Notes under the pieces: model-generated
Database searches by the model: none
What the model saw: only the letters and a program-made list of their open reading frames with translations
Told to the model about the DNA's origin: nothing
Part shown: positions 12,442-26,567 of the stretch, piece after piece
Layout of the letters: each line of letters opens with the position of its first letter
Numbering within the stretch: the stretch's first letter is position 1
DNA from: the human T2T-CHM13v2.0 reference genome, Homo sapiens
Assembly (NCBI RefSeq): GCF_009914755.1
Contig: NC_060936.1
DNA: 64,000 nucleotides
Strand: one strand, 5' to 3'
Translations under genes and position numbers: made by a program

Positions 12442-14739
12442 TCGTCAATAAAAGTTGGCTCTGGGTACTCTGGTCTGGGTGCCAGGCACTAACCAGGCAC
12501 AGCTTGGTGCTGACAGAGAGTCATCCGCTAACCCTAGCTCAGGGAGAGCCAGGGGGCATGTCTTTCTCAGGGTGAGACACAGGAGGGAGGCAGAGACTGG
12601 GGGAGAAAAGCAAGAAGGGTGAAGAGGGACAGGCTAATGGTTGGAGTTGGCAACGGGTCAGGCAGGGGAAGCTGCTTAAGAATCCTAGCTTTTTATATAT
12701 TTATTAATTTCCAGTTTTGGCTTGAGTGATTGTTTATTAAGCACCTATTACTTATGAGGCTCCATGCTGAGGGTATTACATGCTTATATCAGGATTTGAA
12801 CCCAGGGCTGGCTGTCAGCAGTCCCTATGATCTTAACCCCTATGCTGTGCTTCCTTGTGGGAGCTGCTGGGAAGAGCATTGGGATATTCCAGAATCCCTT
12901 TGGCTTGTCCTGAAGCAGTGGCTGTGGAATGCAAGTTCAGAAAGGATGCCATGGCTGGCCCACATTCTCACTGTCCTGGCTGTGGCAGCAACCCTACTCA
13001 TGCAATCCCAGAATGTCACAAACAGAAGGGTCCCTCAGGATTATTTAGTTCAGGGATCAAAATTGGTTTCATCTAGTGTTGATTCCAATGAATTTTTGCT
13101 TAAGGATGATGTGTTAAGAAAGATTCTGAGGTTCTTCTATTCTCTCTCTGAAACAAAATGCCTTAATCTAGTAGTGACGCCTGTTGAAAGTAGAGAATGG
13201 GGAATGGTGGCCTATACACCAAGTATTCGCCATCTGATCTAACTCAACCTCCTAACTTCAGAGAAGAAGAAATGGAATCTTAAGATGGAGTCAAGAGATC
13301 TGATTTTCAGTCTGAAAGTTCACTCTGATACTTATCAGCTATGAGAGCTTGTGCAAAATTCTTCACCTCTCTGAGCTTTAATTTCCTAATCTATAATACA
13401 GGAATGTCAGTACTGAACTCAAAGATTTTCCAAAAAATATAACAAGATAATGTTTGTGAGATAATATGTGTGAGCCTGTGGTGTAAAATAGACATTTTTT
13501 AAATGCTATGTAGCCAGGACAGTCATTTACTTAGTCAAAGGCAAAGGGGGTTGGTCTCTGACTACACATTAGCATTGCCCAGGGAGCTTTTAAAGTCTTG
13601 ACACACAGGCGGCATCTCAGACCATTTCCATCAGACTGTCAGGAGCGGGCCCAGGCATGGGTGTTTTCTATAAGCTCCCAGGGGATTCCAATGCAAAACC
13701 AGAGCCAAGACCCCTGGCCCTAGACAAAGAACCCAGCATTCTTACTTCCAGACCCAAAACATTCCAAAAATTCATTTTTTTCCTGTGTTTGTTAATACTC
13801 TAGTGTGGGCAATATTAATTGGTCATTAATGGAGTGAGACACCTACTAAAACTTTAACTTGATTTAAAAGAAAAAAAAGAAAACATAACCCCCCTGTGGC
13901 AATTCCCTGCCTCAAGCTGTGACTAGTTACTGGATGTTTCCTTCATTCGTACTGAGACAGGCAGGGGGTAGTGGGCTGGTCACAGGCAGCTGAGGCTTTG
14001 AATGTAGTTGCCTTTTCATTAGGAGCTTTAAAATCCTTCCCGCAGCCTGAGCCCTTGCAGTTAACATTGAACTCTCCCTGGGAGCTTGGAGTTGGCAGTA
14101 GGGGTGTAGACAAAATGAAGAGCCGCTTGCCCCCCAACAGCATCAGTCAATCTAGCTAACCCTGCCCAGTCTCTCCCCACATCACCTTGCAGCTGAAAGA
14201 TGCTTAACTTCATGAAATCCTTTGCCACATTTGCCACACTGGGGCAAAGTTCTGCAGCCCCTTTCAGACTCCAGGTATAATGAGCTCTTTGTAGTTCAAG
14301 AATGCACTGGAGATTTGCACGTGCTATCATCTGTACAATGAGCTGATCCCCTGGCAACTCTTGCTGATTTATCTAAGTCTTTTAGAGTTTCTTTTCTTCT
14401 GCTACCAACTTGCTGGATGGCTGGACGCATGTTCCCCTGCCCCTGGAGACCTCAGTTTCCTGCTCTGTGAGAAGCATGTATCAGATGGGTGGTCTCCCAG
14501 ACCCTCCTAGGCCTGACAGGCTGCCTGACATTTTCTCTCTTTCCTCCACATTTTCTGCAACCTGCTCTTCCCTCAGTCTGGAAAAGGGTCCACTCCACCA
14601 GTGAGCTGGTGAGGCAGGGAGGGAGGGAATTAATGAGTGAATGAATGAAGAAATGTAGGGACCTCTCCCTCCCAGAATCCAAATGTCTGTCCCACTTGGG
14701 TCTTTCTTCCCTTTCCCTCACTGGGTGCAACTGCCATTT

Positions 14740-15110
14740 GCAAAGCATGGTTTTCTCTGTCTCTGTGTCCATCTGCCATCTGGCGCTCTTTCTCTCTCTC
14801 TCTCATTCTCTCTCTCTCTCTCTAATTGTCCTTTCCTTTCTCTGCATGTCTACCTCTGCCCAGTATGTGCCTCTGCCTCTCTGTGCTTCTCTCTTTGTGT
14901 CTCTCTCTGTTCTCTCTCTAGGTGTCTATCTCCCCTTCTCTGTTTCTGTCTCATTTTATTTCTGTGTCTGTTTATCTCCCCCAACTCCTGCCTTCTCCCC
15001 GACTTTGTCTCAGTCCCTCCCTCTCTCCAGGTAACTGTGTCTTTCTCTCTCACTGTTCCCCTTTCCCTGGGCTTCATCCCCCCTCTCCCTGCCTCTCCCC
15101 ATCTCAGAGA
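14740..15110. repeat. CT-rich low-complexity tract
   Basis: About 370 nt of (CT)n/(CTGT)n-like pyrimidine-rich sequence. Confidence 0.85.
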
Positions 15111-17936
15111 CCTCATTGTCCTAATGCAGACTCAAGCTCTGCGGTATGTGAGGAGCCAGAGCCCTGACTTCTGAAGGAGGGGAGACAGAAGAGGGAAGGG
15201 CAGGATGATGTTCTCAGACTGGTACATCAGCCTACAGAGTTGGCAGCCTCTCAGCCCAGCTGATGCAGGACAACAATTTCTGAGGATTTCCTTGTCCTCA
15301 AAACAAATCCCAGTGTCCTGGAGAACCACCAGCCTTCAGGGGTGTCCATGCCTGGAGCCAAGATGGGACTTTCCTGTCCCAGTAAACTCTAGGGCATGCA
15401 GAGATGTGCAGTATCTGCCACTTCCCTTCTCTGTTTCTTAGCTCCCCTAACTGAAAAATGCACGAGCAACTATAGTAACAGAGGTTTGGAAGAAAGAAGG
15501 GAAAAACATGTCTTGTTCTCTCTGTGGCCCTGAACAAGATTGTTTCTCCAAATCCTGGGACAGTTGGGCAGCTCCTTAGAGTTTGAGGGTCACATGGGTG
15601 CCCAAGATAAGCTGATATTTTGGTGACTCTTAAAAGATAGGATTTAAATATATCATGTTTACGTCATGGAGATGCTGGATCCTGGGTGTTAAGGACAGTG
15701 GAGAGGGGGACACCCTAGTGGTGGAGTCCGGCAATTCCGCTCTGGCTCAAAGCTTGCATCCATGATTCCCTTGCAGTTACCTAGACAGGCCCTCTTTAGA
15801 AGACAATTGAGCAACTATCTGTTGTTCCTCAGGCAAACCTATTCTATGTGCCTTCTCAAAAGTTCCTTTCCAGACATAGTACTCTTCCCTCTCTGGGAGA
15901 CATTCTGCTAAATGGAATTTTCTCTACATTTGCAGTACTCCTATAGATAAACTCCTCAGGCAACCAGAATCTGGAATATGAAACAGATCTTTCCCAATCT
16001 TTATAGCTTTTCTAGGTTTTTTGTTTTTGTTTGTTTTTAATCTTGATAAATACTGTGCTAAATTGACCCCATCATGAACAAATAGAAATATTGTAACTTG
16101 GGTCTCCCAATGCATGGAGCTGATTGAAAATAGTTTGACCATCCTTCCATGTTTCTGGCAATTTATTTTCCTTGTTAAGAATCTGTGTGAGTTCTGGTAT
16201 ACCCCCTGCCTGTGTTTTCCATTGCTGTGCTTATAGTGAAATAGATTTTGGTAAAGATAAAATGAAACCATGGATGGAAAGCCCTTTGTCCATGTCATGC
16301 AGAGCTCTACCAGAATACATGACACGAAATTATATCCAGGGTTGCCTTGCATAAATGTTTATGTCTGAAGCTGTCTCTCTCTCTCAAGCTCCCACATCCT
16401 ATTCCTCATTCTCCTCTGGAGGAGATTTTTTCCATGACACTGTGCTTCCCATTGACCTCAAAGGCTGTGGGTTAATATTTTCTCATGGGCACGGGCCAGT
16501 GCTAATTTGCAAAGCTAGGCTTATCCCAGGCAACTTAACTTGGCAAGTCCCAGAATGGAACCTGACTGAAGAAATCACATTCCATTCTTGGCTCTTCTGC
16601 TCAGTGGCCATGTGAGAAAGGCTGCACCTCTATGGACCCCTGTCTCCAGGAACAGGAGCAGATATCAAGCCAGTCTTCACCTCCATCCATCTTAAAAGCC
16701 AGAGCACAACAGGGAGGGAAGAAGCCATACTCCAAGGTTTGATGATACGGGGCGACTTCTCAGTCCATGATTTCACCCTAAGTCTTATTCTGCATTAGCT
16801 GCCATTTATTGAAGTGTTACTGTGGGCTTCATTGACTTCTCACAATGGCCTTGTGAGGGAGAAAGTGCATGGACCCATTTTACAGATGAGGAAAACTGAG
16901 GCCCAGAGAGGTGACATGATATCCAGAATGACTCATTGGGTTGTAAACACAGCCAGTATCTTGAAGGCTTACTACAATAACATTTCTACCTGGCCTTAAT
17001 ACCATATCCAAATGCCTTAGCTTGCATGAGCTAAGGGGCACTTAGAGGGTGAAGGACACATGTGTGCCCAGAGCCCAGGTTTGTATTTCGGCTCTGCCTG
17101 TTCCATAGCTCTGTAACCTGGGCGAGTTATTGGACATCTCTGCCTCAGTTTCCTCATCTGTAAAATTCCTCATAGAATTGTTGAGAGGATTGGATTGCTT
17201 AATATATGTAAAGGGCTTAGACTAGTCTCCAGCTGCACAGAACTTCTCTCAGCTCCTCAGCTTTTGAAAGGAAAATCTGATCATGCCCCTCTTTTTTGCT
17301 TAAATCCTCTTAAGGGTTCTCCAGTCTTTCTGGTCTAGTGCTGGCCTCTTCATCACAGACCCCACAAACCTCTCCAGCCCCATGCTCCCCTCTTGCTACC
17401 TGCATTCTCTCTGCAGTCACTCATATGTGACAGATTTCTTCCCACCCACCACAGGCCCTTTGCACCTACGTTTCCCAGCACCTGGCCCTCCCTTCCCAGC
17501 TCTCTTGAGCTAGTAAGTTTCTCCTCATTTTTCAGTTCTATGCTTAAGCATCTCTTCCCCCAGGAAACCTTTCTGGATGCCACTTGACTAGGTCAGTGAT
17601 TTTGGTTGAGCTGACTGGGCTGCCCACCTCCAGGCTGCAGGTTAGGACCATGTCTATTCTATGTGTCTGTCATCATCTGGGACCAATCCCCCATCCCCCA
17701 CCCCCAGGGCATGTCCTTTCATGGTGATAGCAGAGCTCCCTCATGGAGAGTAAGCAGAAACATATGATGTGTCTTGAGACTGTGCTGAAGACCTACTTCC
17801 GCCCTCATTCTATGGGCCACAGGAAGTCACATGGCCATGCCCATCATCAGTAGGGTAGGGACGCTGACTCCCCACAAAGAGCAATCACCCAGTATATCAC
17901 TGTCTGGCCCCTCTCACAGCACCCAAGCCTTTTCTC

Positions 17937-18245
17937 TTCTTTTCTTTTTTTGTCAAGAAACAGGGTCTCACTCTGTCATCCAGGCTGGAGTGCAGTGGCA
18001 TGATCATAGCTCACTGCAGCCTCAACCTTCTAGCTCAAGCAATCCTCCCGCTTCAGCCCCCCAAGTGGCTGGGACTACAGGTGCATGCCACCATGACTGG
18101 CTAATTTTTTTTTAATTTTTTATTGTAGAGAATGGGGTCTCACTATGTTGCCCAGGCTGGTTTCGAACTCCTGGGAGCAAGCTATCCTCCCACCTTGGCC
18201 TCCCAAAGTGCTGGGATTAGAGGCGTGAGCCACTGTGCCTAGCTA
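17937..18245 (-). mobile_element. AluJ
   Basis: Full antisense Alu with J diagnostics (gatcatagctcactgcagcctc). Confidence 0.92.
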
Positions 18246-18458
18246 GCACCCAAGCATTAATACTGCCCTTTTGTAACACTCACCAGGGCAGTGGTTTTAC
18301 ATTTATTTGTGTTCACTATTTGAATAATCTAACTCTCAAAAACAGGAAGACTCGTGAATATTTTTGAAGACCCGTGAATGTTTTTGTAAGTCATTTTAAT
18401 CCCGGGGTCCTAGCACAGTGCCTGGCACATAGTAGGTGCTCAATAAATACGCGAATGA

Positions 18459-18938
<480 letters not shown>

Positions 18939-19769
18939 TAGAGTAGGTGCCTCCCACAACCCCCCACCTCCCACAAGCAGCACCTTCTGTGAGCCGGGCT
19001 GCTGCATCGCACAGGGGATTAAAATCATGGGCTTGGGAGAAAGACTCTTTGGGTTCAGATCTCAGCTCTACCACCTCCCATAAGGGCTCATTAACCTCCC
19101 TGAACTTACATGGCCCCATCTATAAAGTGAAGATTATAAAACTGTGAGGCTTTAAGAATTTTACAAACACTCAGTAGGTGTGACTTTCATGGCACTGGAG
19201 ATGCTCATGAAATCGATGTGGGATTGATGGAAGCAGGTTAAAGAGCCCCACCCTGGGAGTCGAGAGACCTGAATCCAGCCCCAGGTCAGTGCCTGTGTTG
19301 CCACGAGGTCCTGAGAGCACAGGTACAGGGCATCATTTCAATGAACACTCCCAGGAACTCTGGGTGGCGAGGCTCAGAGAGGTTAAGTGACTTGCCCTGC
19401 ATCACACAGCTGGGAAATGACAGCATTGAGCCCCAAGCATGGAACGTACTAAGATGACCTGGGTTTGAGATTCAGCTCTGGCACTTACTAGGTGACAGAG
19501 GGCTGTGTGGATCAACATTTCAATGCAGAGCAGCCACCCAGGGCAGTGGCCAGAGCTTTGAAGTCAGACCCAACTTCTGCCATCTTGAGTATTCTTAACC
19601 GTTCTCAGCCTCAAAGTCCCATATCCATTATAGGATGATCTCCACCACCATAATGAAAGTCACATCTACTGAGGGCTTTGGAAAAGGCTAACTTCTTAAA
19701 TCCCCACCATAATCGCCCCATTTGATAGATGGGATAACCTAGGTCCAGGGAGGTTAAGGAGCTTTTCCA

Positions 19770-20112
19770 GGGTAAGGGGGATATAGGGGGTTGTTGTTCA
19801 ATGAGTATAAAGTTACAGTTATACAAGATGAGTAAATTCCACAGTCCTGCTGTACAACATAGTGCCTCTAATTAACAAGAAGGTATTCTTTACTTAAGGT
19901 TTTGGTAAGAGGATAGATCTCATGTTAAGTGTTTTTTACTACACACAAAAACGAACAAAGAAAACAGACTAAAGGAAACTTCCAGAAGTGATGGAAATGT
20001 TTATTACCTGGATTATGGTGATGGTAACATGAGTGTATCCATATAACCAAAGTCACTAAATTGTAGATATTATGTGCAGTATTTTGTATATTAATTAGAT
20101 CTTAATAAAGCT
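19770..20112 (+). mobile_element. Old L1M 3' end
   Basis: gagtataaagttacagttatacaagatgagtaa...ggtgatggt...aataaagctg. Confidence 0.65.
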
Positions 20113-20834
20113 GGGGTTGGGAGAAGTTTTTCCATAAAGTGGTAGAGCTGGGATTTGAACTCAGGGAATCTTGCTCCAGAGCCCACGCTCTTCAGCACTG
20201 CGCTGTGATAATGGATTAGATGAACCATTGGTGGCTATGAATCACCCAGTCCAGAGCCCCCGACACATAGCAGGCGCTCTGCAAATGTGAGTTGTCCCCA
20301 GCTCATCCAGCCTCCAGGAACCAGGCTGCTCCAGTACTCCAGCCCCTCCCCAGAGAGGAACAGAGCAGGGCAGGATGACGTAACTCAGCAATTCACCCAT
20401 AACACCCTCAACACTGACTTCGTTGATTAAAACCCTTGGGCCTGCCCCTCAGGTCCCAATTCACTCAAGGCGGTTTTTCTGTTCCTCCCTCTGCCTCACT
20501 CCTCTTCTCAGTGAGGGGGTGGAAGCTTGGATAGGTGGTGACATTTGTCCAGTTATTCCCAGGGGTAGAGAGGCCTCTGAATTATTTATTGGTAGAACAG
20601 TCAATCAAAAGCAAAACTGGTCACCAGGCTGAGATATCCATATGTGCAAATGGTAGTAGCCTGTCCTAAGAGCACAGACTCTGCTTGTCAAAGCTGGAAA
20701 AGACCTGGGAGATCAGTGACCTCGGTGGGCCTCTGTGCTGGCTGCTCCTTACGGTCCCTAGAGGAGAGTGGGAAAACCCCAGTGCCCAGGCTGCACCCTG
20801 GACTATTACTGGGTGGAGCCTGGACATCAGTATA

Positions 20835-21015
20835 TTTTTTTTCAACTTTTATTTTAAGTTCTGAGTTACGTTTGCAGGATGTGCAGTTTAGTTACATAGG
20901 TAAACGTGTGCCGTGGTGGTTTGCTGCACAGATCAACCCATCCCCTAGATATTAAGCCCAGCATGCATTAGCTATTCTTCCTGATGCTCTCCCTCCCCAA
21001 CACCGACAGGCCCCA
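20835..21015 (-). mobile_element. L1PA 3'-end fragment
   Basis: ttttattttaagttctg...gcaggatgtgcag...gcatgcattagctatt. Confidence 0.85.
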
Positions 21016-21398
21016 CTCTTTTTCCTTATTCAAAACAGCTGGGAGCTCTAAACCAATACTAAGGAAAGAGTCAGAACAGGCTGAACGGAGAGGCTGCAGG
21101 GAGTATGGGATAAGGGGATCCACCACACTCATCTCATATTGGGGGCCTGGGGTCCCATATGAGTCTGAGATGGGAGAAGGGATCTTCTCCAAGTGCCCCC
21201 TCCAAGGCCTGACCCAGGCATGCAAGGGCTCTGGTAGAGAGACTTCCTTAAAGAACAGAACCCCCAGTCTCCACTCAGCCCATTCTTCCCCTTTGCATTC
21301 ACCATCTGGCCCCTGGAGACACTTGAGTTTGAGACCCTTGCTTTAAGGTCCTGAATCAGTGGCATCAGCATCCCTTGGGAGCTTGTTGGAAATGCTAA

Positions 21399-21757
<359 letters not shown>

Positions 21758-23064
21758 ACAATCTGTGTTTTAACAAAACCCTCCAGGTGATACCGATGAG
21801 CACCCTAGTTTAAGAACCATTGCTATAAGTCCCTGCTACTCAAAATGTGGCCTGTGGACCAGCAACATGGACATCACCTGGGAGATTTTTAGGCAAGCAA
21901 ATGTCAGGCCCTATCCCAGGCTTCCTGGATCAGAATCTGCACTTTAACAAGATTTCCCCAGATACTTCATGTGCACTTTAAGGTTTGAGAAGTGCTGCTT
22001 TTGGATGCCCTCGGTGACAGAATGTGAAGATCACCCTGTAAGAGCCAAGGTCACCTAGCTATTGAGTGTGTCCACCCCACCATGCCCTTGTCACCCTCCC
22101 AATTACAGCTCAGTCCAGACTCCTAGAACCACCACCCCCACTCTGCTTTTGGTTCCATAGAGTTAATTTTACAATCTCCCTAGAGTGAGTTCACAGCAAA
22201 ATTTTATGTGATATGATTATACAAGGTGAATTGTCCTGGATCTGTTTAATGAAACAGATACTGTGTTTAATCATTCCATGGGGAATTAAGTACAGTTAAA
22301 CTATTAATCAGGCCCCAGTTCTTTCCATCAACAAGAAGATGGAGGGGAGGCTGGCCAGCCTGTGCCCCGCCAGGCACACCTGTATGACAGTTCCGGTGGA
22401 ACCAGAACTCATTACCAATGTTCCATGGCTTTATTGCCCAGTTTGCAGACAGCAATCAATGATCAGGAATCCTGAGTTAAACGAGGGCTTTGGTTTTTAA
22501 TTTTTCTTCTTCTTCTTTCCAATGAAGTAATTTGAGAGTTTCAAGAGAGGAAGCATTGCCATAGGAGGGGGCCAGGTGGACAAACATCTGCTGCTGAAAC
22601 AGCTTGGATATCTATTGTGCTTTTGGAGGGATGTTTGGACTAAAATGATGGAGCATGTGGAGAGTCAGGAGATACAGGAGGACAAATAGCATCGTGGACA
22701 ATCATAACACTAACCAGTATTTATTGAGCACCTTGCTTGTCCCAGGAGCCGTACCAGGATCTTTGCAAATCTTATTTCGCTCGATTTGCACAGCATCTGT
22801 AGGAGGTAGGTCTTATCCAGATCACCACTTTGCAGATGGGTGCACTGAGGCTGAAGATCGAGTAATGTCTCCAAAGTCACATACCTCATGTGGGGAGGAG
22901 CTGGGTCCTGAACCCCAGCAGTCTGACTGCAGAATCATCTATAAACAGACCCCAGGTCTCAGACAACAGCCTGAAGGTAAAGTGAGCAGTAGGCAGCCTA
23001 GAAGTCATGCTTCCCTGGTCCTGGAGTGAAAAGAGGGCAGGAGCTGATCAGACCAGGTGCTCTA

Positions 23065-23392
23065 TTTTTTCTTTTTAAAAATTTATTTATTTTTATATAT
23101 TTAGGATGTACAAGTGCAGGTTTCTTAATATATATAAGTAAATATATAAAATCAATATTTTATATATGCATGCACAAACATGTATATGTACCACATTTTC
23201 TTTATCCAGTCCTCCACTGAGGTTGATTCCATATCTTTGCTATTATGAATAGTGCTGCACTAAACATGTGTGCAGGTGTGTTTTTATGTAACAATTTCTT
23301 TCTCTTTGGGTAGATACCCAGTAGTGGGATTGCTGAATTGAATGGTACTTCTATTTTTAGTTCTTGAGAAATCTCCACACTGTTTTCCATTG
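23065..23392 (-). mobile_element. L1 (L1PB/L1MA-like) 3' fragment
   Basis: ORF2 C-terminus-like peptide [11 protein letters not shown]...AALFIIAKIWNQP. Confidence 0.8.
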
Positions 23393-25764
23393 GGCTCAGT
23401 CTGGGATAGGTGTGGGTTGGAACTCTGCCTTCAATGCCCATTGTGTAGACTTGGGCAAGTTGCTCCTGCTTCTGAGACTCCTTTTCCCTGTGTCTAAAAT
23501 GGAGCCAGTATTAAGAATTCCTACTCTCTAGGCTACTTGAGAGCACAGAATGAGATCATGCATGCAGAGTGCCCCACATAGCTCCCAACGCCCAAGAAAT
23601 GCTCAGGCAACATACATTCCCTTCCTGCCCCTCAGACAGAGGCACCTGGTGTCCCACAGAAGTTTGCAGTCAACAAGGACACTCTGTCATCTCCATCCCA
23701 CCTGCATCTAAGACTGGGATACCTGGAGCTACCTGAGAGACTCCTTCCTTTTTCTTGAGCCATCCTGCAGCCCTCTTTCAGCAACCACTTGAGATAGTGA
23801 GAGGTGGCCAAGCCTAGAAGTTTGGATCTGTGTTGTTGCTGGGTGCTGGGTGACAAGCACCGTCTCTATCACCTGGGCATCTCCCCTGAGAGTAGCAGCT
23901 GTTCTGAATCACCAGTGATGCTGTGAGGTGATGCAGGAGTGGGGAAATTCTGAAAAAGGAAAACAGAGCATACAACATGCTCAATTTTTCCTAATTACTC
24001 AGATACATCTGGTCTTAACCCATTATAACAGTACGGGCCCAATTAGCCAGATACATTATAAATAATCTATTTTAAGGATAAAAAATATCCTTGTCAGCAG
24101 CATAAATATCTCCCAAACAGCTGTGATGTTCCAGGGGACTTGGTGGGGAAGGAGTCTTGCCACAGATTCTGATGTGTTCTGCAAAGAAAGGGAGGCCTTC
24201 GCCACACTGCAATTTGGCAGTTGCAAATTTCAATTTAGTTCAACAACCGTTCACTGAGCACCTGCTGAGTACAGGCAGTGGGAGGAAGTGGTGATGAGGC
24301 TGCTGGTGCCTGGGAAAGATCCATCCTGGAACCAGGCAGGCCTGATCTGGACGGTCCTTCCTGGCTGTGTGGCCATGAACAAGTCACTTCACCTCTCTGA
24401 GCCTCAGTTTCCTCCCTGGTGAGGAGCAGACAGTAGTCCTTTTCCTTTCAGGGTAGTCAGCAGGATTAAATAAGATAATGGGTATCCATCACCCAGCAAG
24501 GGACTAGGACTTAATTTTTAAGAAGCAGCTGGGCTCCCCAGTGCAGCCTGGGGGACTCACCACCCTCGTTCAATAAACAGAGTTCTTCTGTTGCCTGCTC
24601 TGGCAGGCACCGGGTAGTGTTTGTCCTTGTGAGAAGCAGCAGGTCTCAGTTCATGGTTTTGGAGCTCCTGCCCTCTGATTCTCCAGCTGGGGCTCAGAAT
24701 TGAGGCTGTGATTCCTCTTCTCTGTTCCCAACGCCATCCAGGTTCCCCTTCTGCACTTTCCCCAGCTCCTCCTTCTGCGGGAGTTTCAGCAGCTCCAGGA
24801 ACTGACTGCCTCTCCCCATGGAATCCCCAGGTTCTCTATAACCTGTCTTTCAAGTCAGACAGTCCCAAATTCACCCTCCAAGTTTGCATGACAATCCATC
24901 CTGTCATTTCACCATGACACTTCCATGAAAAATGAAGAAAGGTAGGAAAGAAATGTGTGAAGATGATGATAAAAATAGTCCCACTTAAACCCTGCCCTCA
25001 GATAGCTTACCGTCTGCTGGGGAGACAGACTACAGAAGTGGGGGGTTTCTGCACAGCATAATGAGTGCTGTGGGGGGCTGCAGGGGACGGAGAGAGGAAT
25101 TGTGAAACCCAGAGGAGGCACCCGCCTGAGCCCAGGGAGTCTAAGAAGATGACCTGAAAACAGAATAATATCAGTAATAACGATAGCCAACATTGATTGA
25201 GCACCTGCTGAACTCAACGTGCCATGCTAGAAACTTTATTATATGTTTTTTCTACTTTGTACAAGAGCTCCATTATTATCCTGTGAGGAGATACCACTAC
25301 TACACAGAAAAACTTAGTACTTAAAAGCCCAGACTTTGAAGCCAGACTGCTTAGGTTCAAATCCTGGCTCTGCCAGTTATTAGCTATATGACCTTGAGCA
25401 AATTACTTAACCTCTCTGTGCCTCGGTTTTCTCTTCTGTTAAATGGAGATAATGGTGATACCTCTTAAGGTTGTTGTGAAGATTAAGTAGAATTAAAAGC
25501 TATATTAATATATTTATTAATATATAAGTATGTAATCTAAAATACACAATATATATTAACATAAATAATATATAACATAATAATATGTTGTATATTATAT
25601 TACAGTAACACATACTTATACATGGGGTTTGCCTGGCATATAGTAATCACCAAACAAGTAACATTGTTATCCCCAAAGAGAAGGTGGTGGTCAAGAATAT
25701 TCCAGGGAGAAACAGCATTGAGGTGAGAAGTATCGGGGTGTGTTTAGAGCTCTAAAAGGAGTGA

Positions 25765-26080
<316 letters not shown>

Positions 26081-26214
26081 TGTATTATTACAGTTAATTG
26101 TTAATTGTGTTACCGTGTTGTGCTGTGAATAATGGTAACCACTGCCAGCACCATCTGACTGGGTCTTTCAAACTCCTCCTCCCTCTGACTGTGTCCTTTC
26201 TCCTCTCTCTGCAG

Positions 26215-26567
26215 AGTGGCCAGAGTTCGTGAGGAACTATGCCCCGTGGTGGGCCACTCACACACTGGACTGGCTCAAGTTTGGCAAGAAGGTGCTGGTG
26301 GTGCACTTTGAGGACCTGAAGCAGGACCTCTTTGTCCAGCTGGGCCGGATGGTCAGCCTGCTGGGCGTGGCTGTCAGGGAGGACCGGCTGCTCTGTGTGG
26401 AGAGCCAGAAGGATGGCAACTTCAAGCGCTCAGGGCTCCGGAAGCTCGAGTATGACCCCTATACTGCGGACATGCAGAAGACCATCTCTGCCTACATCAA
26501 GATGGTGGATGCAGCCCTCAAAGGGCGGAACCTAACGGGTGTCCCCGATGACTACTACCCAAGATGA
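26215..26567 (+). CDS. WSCD2: WSCD2 last coding exon (EWPEFVRNYAPWW...VHFEDLK...GVPDDYYPR*)
   Basis: Strong pyrimidine tract ctctctgcag| acceptor. HFEDL (YEDL-like) sulfotransferase motif. TGA stop at 26565-26567. Confidence 0.96.

Noticed and set aside
15020-15036. ctccag|gtaact recursive-splice-like site
   Set aside because: The intron is only ~7.4 kb, and such juxtapositions arise easily in CT-rich tracts.
15705-15740. CTCF-like motif (minus strand CCACTAGGGTGTC)
   Set aside because: Mismatches in the core GGGGC positions. Cannot be supported without ChIP data.
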